From the NCBI GenBank assembly GCA_965284565.1, contig OZ260100.1, positions 1,658,046 through 1,722,045 on the forward strand: a stretch of DNA of 64,000 bases. The letters run 5' to 3'. Within the stretch, counting starts at the first letter, position 1. The number at the start of each line of letters is the position of its first letter. A program made the position numbers and the translations under genes. The DNA is from Vicingaceae bacterium. Lineage in GTDB: Bacteria; Bacteroidota; Bacteroidia; Flavobacteriales_E; Vicingaceae. The notes beneath the pieces were generated by a model, which saw nothing but the letters and a program-made list of their open reading frames with translations, was not told the DNA's origin and made no database searches. This document shows positions 30,088 through 37,864 of the stretch, piece after piece.

Positions 30088-30095
30088 TAGTTTTG
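30088..30095 (+). promoter_or_regulatory. -7 box TAGTTTTG abutting the ABC ATPase start codon
   Basis: TAnnTTTG ends 4 nt before the ATG at 30100, which predicts a leaderless or near-leaderless mRNA. Confidence 0.4.
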
Positions 30096-30099
30096 CTCC

Positions 30100-31050
30100 A
30101 TGGAAATTTTACATGTAAAAAGAGTTTATAAAACTTATGCAGAACACAAAGCTTTGCATAATGTTTCTATTCATATAGATAAGCAACGTATTTTTGGGTT
30201 ATTAGGACCAAATGGTGCCGGAAAAACAACCTTAATTCGTATTATTAACCAAATTACCGGTCCAGATAAAGGCGAAGTGTTTTTTGAAGGCGAAAAATTA
30301 GCTCCCAAACATATTTCTCAAATAGGATATTTGCCTGAAGAAAGAGGCTTGTACAAAAAAATGAAAGTAGGAGAACAAGCTCTCTATTTAGCTCAGCTTA
30401 AAGGAATGTCTAAAAATGAAGCCAAGACTAAGCTAAATCACTGGTTTGATAAATTTGAAATTACCAATTGGTGGGATAAAAAGGTTGAAGAGCTTTCAAA
30501 AGGGATGGCTCAAAAAGTACAATTTATTACTACCGTATTGCACGAACCAAAACTATTGATTTTAGATGAGCCTTTTAGTGGTTTCGATCCTATTAATACT
30601 AATCTTATTAAAAAAGAAATATTAGAACTAAGAGAAAAAGGTTCTACCATTATTTTTTCTACTCACAATATGGAATCGGTAGAAGAAATTTGTGATGATA
30701 TTGCCTTGATAAATAAATCGAGAAAAATATTAGACGGAAAAGTAGTTGATATTAAAAATCAATACAAAACCAATATTTACGAAATAACATTTGAAGGGAA
30801 TTTAATTGCGTTTACCAATGCACTCTGGACAGGTTTTGAATTACTTTCAACAGAAAAAAAAGACAACAGAATTGTAGCAAAAGTAAAGGGAATACAGAAA
30901 GATACAAGTCTTAATAAATTATTGGCTACCGTGTTAAATGATGTAAATATTATTGCGGTAAAAGAGCATATACCAACCATGAACGAAATTTTTATTGAAA
31001 AAGTAAATGAAGTAATGCCTGATGATTTGCCAGAGGAAATGGAGGGGTGA
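30100..31050 (+). CDS. ABC transporter ATP-binding protein (ABC-2/NatA-like)
   Basis: Walker A GPNGAGKTT, signature LSKGMAQKV, Walker B LLILDEPFSG. Confidence 0.9.
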   Translation: MEILHVKRVYKTYAEHKALHNVSIHIDKQRIFGLLGPNGAGKTTLIRIINQITGPDKGEVFFEGEKLAPKHISQIGYLPEERGLYKKMKVGEQALYLAQLKGMSKNEAKTKLNHWFDKFEITNWWDKKVEELSKGMAQKVQFITTVLHEPKLLILDEPFSGFDPINTNLIKKEILELREKGSTIIFSTHNMESVEEICDDIALINKSRKILDGKVVDIKNQYKTNIYEITFEGNLIAFTNALWTGFELLSTEKKDNRIVAKVKGIQKDTSLNKLLATVLNDVNIIAVKEHIPTMNEIFIEKVNEVMPDDLPEEMEG

Positions 31051-31116
31051 TTGTTTAATTAGAGATTTTAATACTGATACCCGTCAACTGATAACCGAAA
31101 AAATGTGAACTGAAAA

Positions 31117-32436
31117 ATGAACAAAATAGCTTTAATAATACAACGAGAATATCTTACAAGAGTCAAGAAAACATCATTTATTTTAATGACATTGTTTGGA
31201 CCAATATTAATGGCAGCATTAATGTTAGTTCCTATTTGGTTAGGATTAAAAGATAAAGACATTCAGATAATTGAAGTAATTGATGAAACAGGTTTGTTTA
31301 TTAACCAATTTGAAAATTCACTTACACTTCAGTTTGATTATGAATTTAAACCAATAGAAGAAGCAAAAGCAGCTTTTTATAAAGAGAAATACACCTCTAT
31401 TCTTCATATTTCTAATCTTGGTAAACAAACAACAGCACAGCTTTATTATAAGAAACAACCTGGGATGTCAACCATTGGTAATATTGAATCAACGATAGAA
31501 AAAGGGATTAGAAATATAGAGCTGAAAGATAAGTTTAATATTACTAAAGCCCAATTGGATGAAATTCAGCCCGATGTAACTGTAAAACCAATTGCTTTAA
31601 GCGAAACAGGAGGGGAAGAATCTAAAAATGTTGGGGTAAGTACAGTACTTGGTTTTGCTGGAGCTATTATGATTTATTTTTTCATTTTTATGTATGGCAT
31701 ACAAATTATGCGAGGCGTAATAGAAGAAAAAACCAGTAGAATTGTAGAAATTATTATTTCTTCCGTAAAACCATTTCAGTTGATGATGGGAAAAATTATT
31801 GGTATTGCTTTGGTTGGGTTGACACAATTTTCTTTGTGGATAATTTTATCTATGGGAATATATGCTGTTGGTATGGCAGCAATATCGTCAGGTGATGTAG
31901 CTAATATGGTAAATACAGAACAAATGATGCAAGGCGAGCAAATGAATGAAATGGCTAAAACAGCTAATTCAACTGATTTTAAGGCTCAAATTTCAGAAAT
32001 GATGCAACAAATTCCCATTGCTAAACTATTAATTTCATTTTTGTTTTATTTCTTAGGAGGTTATTTATTGTACGGAGCATTTTTAGCGGCTATTGGTTCT
32101 GCGGTAGATAATGAAGCCGATTCGCAGCAATTTATGATGCCGGTAACTATTCCGTTAATTTTTTCATTTGTTGTAGCAGGAACAGTAATGGATAATCCTG
32201 ATGGAGCATTAGCTTTTTGGTTATCGATAATACCAATTACTTCTCCTGTAATTATGATGGTAAGAATTCCTTTTGGAGTAGAAACATGGGAGTTATTACT
32301 TTCTATGGCACTATTAGTTTTAGGGTTTTTAGGAGCTACTTGGATGGCTGCCAAAATTTATCGTACAGGAATTTTAATGTACGGTAAGAAAATTACCTAC
32401 AAAGAACTTTGGAAATGGCTTTCCTATAAAGGTTAA
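31117..32436 (+). CDS. ABC-2 family transporter permease (NatB-like)
   Basis: 439 aa. One N-terminal TM, a large extracytoplasmic loop, then 5 C-terminal TMs; follows the ATPase. Confidence 0.8.
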   Translation: MNKIALIIQREYLTRVKKTSFILMTLFGPILMAALMLVPIWLGLKDKDIQIIEVIDETGLFINQFENSLTLQFDYEFKPIEEAKAAFYKEKYTSILHISNLGKQTTAQLYYKKQPGMSTIGNIESTIEKGIRNIELKDKFNITKAQLDEIQPDVTVKPIALSETGGEESKNVGVSTVLGFAGAIMIYFFIFMYGIQIMRGVIEEKTSRIVEIIISSVKPFQLMMGKIIGIALVGLTQFSLWIILSMGIYAVGMAAISSGDVANMVNTEQMMQGEQMNEMAKTANSTDFKAQISEMMQQIPIAKLLISFLFYFLGGYLLYGAFLAAIGSAVDNEADSQQFMMPVTIPLIFSFVVAGTVMDNPDGALAFWLSIIPITSPVIMMVRIPFGVETWELLLSMALLVLGFLGATWMAAKIYRTGILMYGKKITYKELWKWLSYKG

Positions 32437-32444
32437 TTTTTTTA

Positions 32445-33440
32445 ATGGAGAATTATACCGTAAAAATATTAGTTGTAAGATACAGTTCTATTGGAGATAT
32501 TGTACTTACAACTCCTATAGTAAGATGCTTGAAACAACAGCTGGATGGCAATGTGGAAATTCATTATTTAACTAAAAAAAGCTATCGTTCTTTAGTAGAA
32601 AATAACCCTTACATCTCTAAAGTTCATACTATCGAAAAAAACAATAGTGAAGTTGCCGAACAGCTAAAAAATGAGGGTTTTCATTATATCATAGATTTAC
32701 ATAAAAATCTTCGCTCTAAAGGTATTTCCAGAAAATTGGGTACACTACGTTTTACTTTCGATAAGCTAAATGTAAAAAAATGGTTGCTGACCAATTTTAA
32801 AATAAATTCTTTACCCGATATCCATATAGTTGACAGGTATTTTGAAGCAGTAAAATCTTTAGGAGTTGAGAACGATGGTAAAGGCTTAGATTTTTTTCTT
32901 ACGGATAATGATAAAGTAACTAACCTTCCGGAAACACATAATAATGGATATGTTACCATAGCCATTGGAGCTCAATTTGCAACTAAGTGTTTACCTACAA
33001 ATAAACTAGTGGAGTTGTGTAATTTAACTCAACAACCTATAATCTTAGCAGGAGGAAAGGAAGACGAACAAAAAGCCAATGAAATTATTAGGCAATCTTC
33101 TAATAAAAAGATATATAATGCTTGCGGCAAGTATTCTATTAATCAGTCGGCATTTATTGTAAAAAACAGCCAAATCCTCATTACTCATGATACCGGATTA
33201 ATGCATATTGGAGCAGCGTTTGGAGCAAATATTATTTCTATTTGGGGAAATACTGTTCCTGCGTTTGGAATGTACCCTTATCTGCCAAAAGAAAAATATG
33301 TAATTATAGAAAACAATAACCTTAACTGCCGACCATGTTCTAAAATAGGCTATGATGCCTGTCCGAAAAAGCACTTTAAATGCATGAATGACTTAAGTAT
33401 GCAAGAAGTGGTGGATAATTTATTAAGGATTAGAGATTAG
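32445..33440 (+). CDS. glycosyltransferase family 9 protein (heptosyltransferase-like)
   Basis: N-terminus ILVVRYSSIGDIVLTTPIVRCLKQ and the C-terminal THDTGLMHIGAAFG motif are typical of GT9. Confidence 0.85.
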   Translation: MENYTVKILVVRYSSIGDIVLTTPIVRCLKQQLDGNVEIHYLTKKSYRSLVENNPYISKVHTIEKNNSEVAEQLKNEGFHYIIDLHKNLRSKGISRKLGTLRFTFDKLNVKKWLLTNFKINSLPDIHIVDRYFEAVKSLGVENDGKGLDFFLTDNDKVTNLPETHNNGYVTIAIGAQFATKCLPTNKLVELCNLTQQPIILAGGKEDEQKANEIIRQSSNKKIYNACGKYSINQSAFIVKNSQILITHDTGLMHIGAAFGANIISIWGNTVPAFGMYPYLPKEKYVIIENNNLNCRPCSKIGYDACPKKHFKCMNDLSMQEVVDNLLRIRD

Positions 33441-33452
33441 AAATTAGTTGAG

Positions 33453-33486
33453 AGTACTTAGAAGTACTTATGAGTATTTAGGAGTT
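33453..33486. repeat. tandem 10-nt repeat AGTACTTAGA AGTACTTATG AGTATTTAGG AGTT
   Basis: 3.4 units read directly. The last 14 nt (AGTATTTAGGAGTT) recur exactly at 57553-57566. Confidence 0.8.
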
Positions 33487-33883
33487 TGAAATTGGTTGAG
33501 ATGTTTTGTGAGTTTAGAAAACTTCCACTATGATGAGGACCGACCTTTGATTAATTTAGCTAGTTTTCTTGAGGTTACAATTTAGTGAGGGCTTTGTGGA
33601 AGCAATCCTTGAACTACGAAAATAAAAAAAAGAACAGGCGTTAGTGCCTTTTACTTGGTAGCTAAAAACAAAACAGTTTCAGGGCTTGGGTTGTGTGGTA
33701 AATTTAACCGCTTAGAAAACCATAAATTAATCAGCAGTCTTGATTTTTTGCTTCTTTTGTATTAAGATAAAAGAAGAGCAAATATTCCAGTTTTCTGAAA
33801 ACCAATCAATATTAGTACTAAACTTTCCTCCAATATAAAAGATTCCCGATAATTTTTCCGTTGCACTCCAAAATTTCGAGAAT

Positions 33884-33950
33884 GACGGTTAAGTGGACTT
33901 TGTGCGTTGGAAACTCCTCCCTTTCGGAGAGGTTGGGAGGGGCTAGGGGC
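33884..33950 (-). repeat. GC-hairpin repeat element, copy B (inverted relative to copy A)
   Basis: Reverse complement reads CCTCTCCGAAAGGGAGG hairpin, then TTTCCAAC-N3-CAAAGTCCA-N6-CGTC. Begins 2 nt after the stop of the 33953..34264 gene. Confidence 0.6.
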
Positions 33951-33952
33951 TT

Positions 33953-34264
33953 TTAATAAAACAAATAGTAAGTAAGAGCAAGCAAAATACCCACATAAAT
34001 AAGTACACGTTTGTTAATCATACCAGTATTATTTCTTCTAGCGTAGCCATTTCCCCAATCTTCTCTAATTCTCGATTGATATGCAGAATTGCTGTATTCT
34101 GAAGCGCTTGTTGGATTTTTTTCGTTTTCAAGTTCTTTTTTTATTTGAGCTACTCGCTTATCCAATTTTTCTTTACGCTCATCATAATAACGTGGGGTGT
34201 ATTCAAACTGTGTAGGTCTTTTGGTATAAATACCAAACATTTTAGGGATTCTTGGTGCTTGCAT
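33953..34264 (-). CDS. hypothetical tail-anchored membrane protein
   Basis: 103 aa; charged N-terminal part and a single C-terminal TM (VLIYVGILLALTYYLFY). Last gene of the minus-strand run. Confidence 0.5.
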   Translation of the reverse strand: MQAPRIPKMFGIYTKRPTQFEYTPRYYDERKEKLDKRVAQIKKELENEKNPTSASEYSNSAYQSRIREDWGNGYARRNNTGMINKRVLIYVGILLALTYYLFY

Positions 34265-34335
34265 AATTCAGAAAATTTATAACTACTAAATTACTAACTT
34301 TTGATTAGAGTTTTTAGTGTATGTTTTTGAAATAT

Positions 34336-36846
34336 TTAATAATCGTATATATGTTCGATTACGAAATTGTTCTTTTTTGAGTATTGAATAAATGGCAATA
34401 GTTTATTAACAGGGAGAAAATATACAACTCTTTTTAAATCTTTTTTTGATACAATACTTGATTCATAAAGAGCTGAATAACCATCAAATTGTAAATCAAT
34501 ATTTTTATCGGTTATTATAGAAACAGCAATCTCATCATTGCCACTAATATTATGAATGATGATGTTTTTATTGGATATTTCTATTAATGTTTTTGTAAAT
34601 TCACCCCATCTTGGGATACTAATAATTTGTCTTTCATCTTGAATTTTTATAGTTTTTATATTATTGTGTAATGATAAAGAATTTTCGTCAGATGAAATTA
34701 AAAGATAAATATCTGTTGTTGGAGCTTCATAACTAGCTGTTGCAGCCCATTCAATTAATTGGGCATAAAATGCTTTGAATGAAAATTCTATAGTAAAGAA
34801 AATAGTTCGCTCCCATTTGCGAAGAAAGCTAGCGTTTGATTGATCTGAGCTAATCCAAACTTTCTTTATCCAAGGCATGAATTCAAATTCATACCATGCA
34901 GTATTGTAGATAAAATCACTATAAGCTCTGTGTGCTTTAATTATTGTTTTTTCTTGTTCAGATATTTTGTTGTTTGCAAATAATCCAAATAATTTGCCAA
35001 TAGTGTTTTCATAAATAATTTTAAAAGCATACTCCATAGTTATACTAACTCCAATAACGTTAAGCATTGTTGTGTATTCTTCATTTTCTGGATAGCCTTC
35101 GGAAACAAGTTTTATAGATCTGTCATAGAGTTTCCAATATTCATCAATTGAAGCGTAATAAGGAAAATCAGAAGGGTTTTTTCCTTCTTCAAGATAGTCT
35201 GCAAATTCTTTAGGATTATAAACTAAATACCATTCAGGAATTGTTAAAATAGTTTGTTCTTCAGATCTGTTATAATCGTTGATGTTATTTTTTTCTTTTT
35301 CAATTTGTTTTAATGTATATGGATTATATTTATCTAACAGTTGATTGTTAAATCTGTTAGCAGTATCTAATTTAGCTTTTAGATTAAAGTATTTTTCAGC
35401 GTTAGGGTATCCTTTTTTGAATTGGGAAATTGAAGCGTGGGGTTGATAAGGAAGATACCAACTTCCGTACACACTTAGTATTGCTTCGGTCATTTCTGTA
35501 GTCCAATCATGTACTATTTTTTTTGATGTGTCATCTGTCCCTTGTTTGTAATACACAACAAAAGCAAAAACTTCTTCTTTAGCCCAAGATAAATATGATT
35601 CATCATCAGGAAATGCATGTCGCAATGAGATATTGATAACATTTACATTGTATTTATCATAAATAGCTTTCATTTTTGGGATAAATACTTTAATATTATT
35701 AACAGGAATAAAGTATTCTTGAAGTACATAGGTGTTACTTTCTCTTGATGAAGGTTCTAATTCTTTAACATCATAACTTGCTTCTTTATTTCTCCAAACA
35801 ACTTTTTCTGAGCTGTAGATATATGGGTCAATTATACTTCTTCTAAACCATTTTCCAAAATCTCCCCAAGATACTAATTCAACAAGTTTAGGTTCTATCC
35901 AATAATTTTCATTTTCTGAAGTAATTCTTTTCTCATCAGTTAATTCTTTATTGGTTTTTTCCCATGAAACATTATTTACTTCATCATAGTGAGGGGGATA
36001 GAGATCTCCATTTTGAAAAACAATGTTTTTGTTATTTCTAATACTATCATTAAAAAATTCATTAAAATTATCCACAGATACTGTATTTGTTTGTCTTTCA
36101 ACTTTAACATTATCAACAAGTTGTAAGGTGGCTTCAGTTATCACACCAATGCCTCCATATCCACCAATAGCTGCTTTAAAAATTTCTAAATTTTTATTTC
36201 TATTAGCAGTTATTTTATCTCCATTTGCGGTAATTATTTTTATTTCTAAAACTGAAGAAATAATTGGACCATGACCAATATATCTTCCATGACAATTTAC
36301 AGACAAAGAACCTCCTACTGAAAAGTTAGCATAGGTTTGCATAATTTTTACAGAAAAATCATGAGGATCAATTATTTTTTGAAGATCTCGCCAAATCATT
36401 CCTGATTGAACAGTTATTTGTTTATTCTCAGTATCTAGATTTATTAATTTATTAAAAGAACTCATGTCTATGTGAAGGCTGTTTTCATAAGCTGTTTGCC
36501 CTCCCATACTGAATTTTCCTCCTCCAATTGAGATTGGTCCTTTTGTTGATTTTATTGCATTTATTATTTCTTCATCTGTTTTAGGTTGAATAATTTTATT
36601 TACTTGTATTGGATTGATTTTGGTGATATCATTTATTAGTTTGTTAGTTAGTACCGTGTTAAAGTTCGAGTCTCCAGACACCTTAATAAGTAATATAACA
36701 AATAAGAAAAATCCGACTAAAGAATAAAAAGGGAAAGCATATCTTTTTTTACTATTGAGAAGTAATAAGAAATCTTTTAGTAGTCTTAAAATAGACTTTA
36801 ACAATAAAGTTAATTTTGAAACTATGTAAATTAATGGTTTTTTCAT
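34336..36846 (-). CDS. membrane-anchored FAD-binding (PCMH/FAD_binding_4) oxidoreductase fused to an unassigned ~320-aa C-terminal domain
   Basis: N-terminal TM (YSLVGFFLFVILLI). FAD-binding segment PKTDEEIINAIK...ISIGGGKFSMGGQ...VGGSLSVNCHG...GGYGGIGVITEATLQL. An oxidase C-terminal-like end ...KAKLDTANRFNNQLLDKY near aa 510, then about 320 further residues with no motif I recognise. Confidence 0.7.
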   Translation of the reverse strand: MKKPLIYIVSKLTLLLKSILRLLKDFLLLLNSKKRYAFPFYSLVGFFLFVILLIKVSGDSNFNTVLTNKLINDITKINPIQVNKIIQPKTDEEIINAIKSTKGPISIGGGKFSMGGQTAYENSLHIDMSSFNKLINLDTENKQITVQSGMIWRDLQKIIDPHDFSVKIMQTYANFSVGGSLSVNCHGRYIGHGPIISSVLEIKIITANGDKITANRNKNLEIFKAAIGGYGGIGVITEATLQLVDNVKVERQTNTVSVDNFNEFFNDSIRNNKNIVFQNGDLYPPHYDEVNNVSWEKTNKELTDEKRITSENENYWIEPKLVELVSWGDFGKWFRRSIIDPYIYSSEKVVWRNKEASYDVKELEPSSRESNTYVLQEYFIPVNNIKVFIPKMKAIYDKYNVNVINISLRHAFPDDESYLSWAKEEVFAFVVYYKQGTDDTSKKIVHDWTTEMTEAILSVYGSWYLPYQPHASISQFKKGYPNAEKYFNLKAKLDTANRFNNQLLDKYNPYTLKQIEKEKNNINDYNRSEEQTILTIPEWYLVYNPKEFADYLEEGKNPSDFPYYASIDEYWKLYDRSIKLVSEGYPENEEYTTMLNVIGVSITMEYAFKIIYENTIGKLFGLFANNKISEQEKTIIKAHRAYSDFIYNTAWYEFEFMPWIKKVWISSDQSNASFLRKWERTIFFTIEFSFKAFYAQLIEWAATASYEAPTTDIYLLISSDENSLSLHNNIKTIKIQDERQIISIPRWGEFTKTLIEISNKNIIIHNISGNDEIAVSIITDKNIDLQFDGYSALYESSIVSKKDLKRVVYFLPVNKLLPFIQYSKKNNFVIEHIYDY

Positions 36847-36858
36847 GAAAGGGGGAGG

Positions 36859-37800
36859 TTAAATTTTTGTAAAAAGCATTAATGCATTTTTGGTAGGGTC
36901 TCCGTCTTGAAATAAAGTCTTTTCTTCAAATTTAAAGCCTATTTTTTCTACAAAATGACATATAAAGTCTAAAGAATAGAAATTTCGAGTTTCATTACTG
37001 TTATATTCCCAACTTTCATTTGTACCCATATTAAAAACATCATGAGCTAAGGCAACTAATGTTTTTTGATTTTCCGTGTCACAATCATGGTCTCGTAATA
37101 TTAGTTTTCCTCCTATTCTCATGGTATCTCTGATAGATGAAATAAAAGAAATTCTTAAGTCAATAGGACAATGATGAAAACCAATATATACGGTTACTAA
37201 ATCTATACTTTCTTTTTTTATTAGACTTGAATATTGTGTTTTGTAATCAGTCATAGGGATATATTTAGCTCCTATACAAATTTGCCCTCTATCAATCATT
37301 TCTGTCAATGAGTATCCAGGTTCTCTTCCATCGGCATAATACCTTTCTCCTTCAATGGTTACTTTTTCTTCTAAGTAGTCTAAATATCTTCCTGACGAAC
37401 CGATTTCTAAATAACCAGTAAACTTTTTATTTTCACCTAATAAGCTAATAGATTGCTTAGCCATTTCATCTTTTTGTTTAAACAAAGAAGGGAGTTTGTG
37501 GCTAAATGAAGCAAATAACGGAGTAATTTCGTCTAGCCTTGATTGAGTCTCAAGGTAGATGTCTTTATCGTTATCTTTTTCTTTAGTGACTTCTGAAATT
37601 AATTCATGAAAATCTTTTTCTGGAAATAGATTAAATACATTCTTTAAGAATTTGAAAAATTCTTTTTTTAGATTGCTATCAGAGTATATTTTTTTAAAAT
37701 TACTTTTAATTGATTTTACTGTAGTAATTATGCTTGAAGGGAAAGCAGTAAGGGGTATTAAACCGAATAATATTGTTTTTATAAAAAATCTCCTTTGCAT
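36859..37800 (-). CDS. class I SAM-dependent methyltransferase-like protein with N-terminal RR-hydrophobic segment
   Basis: YLEIGSSGRYLD (motif I-like), GGKLILRDHD (post-III-like). N-terminus MQRRFFIKTILFGLIPLTAFPSS. Ends 12 nt before the FAD oxidase start. Confidence 0.6.
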   Translation of the reverse strand: MQRRFFIKTILFGLIPLTAFPSSIITTVKSIKSNFKKIYSDSNLKKEFFKFLKNVFNLFPEKDFHELISEVTKEKDNDKDIYLETQSRLDEITPLFASFSHKLPSLFKQKDEMAKQSISLLGENKKFTGYLEIGSSGRYLDYLEEKVTIEGERYYADGREPGYSLTEMIDRGQICIGAKYIPMTDYKTQYSSLIKKESIDLVTVYIGFHHCPIDLRISFISSIRDTMRIGGKLILRDHDCDTENQKTLVALAHDVFNMGTNESWEYNSNETRNFYSLDFICHFVEKIGFKFEEKTLFQDGDPTKNALMLFTKI

Positions 37801-37864
37801 AATCTATTGGTTAATTTTTTTCAAATATACAGATTATGTTATTTAAATATTTTTTGATTAAGAA

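Noticed and set aside
28108-33950. Composite transposon or genomic island bounded by the inverted GC-hairpin repeats
   Set aside because: There is no transposase or integrase inside, and I could not see target-site duplications. Both repeat copies sit in the same polarity just 3' of a gene, which fits a REP-like 3'-UTR element better. Kept only as an alternative in the finding.
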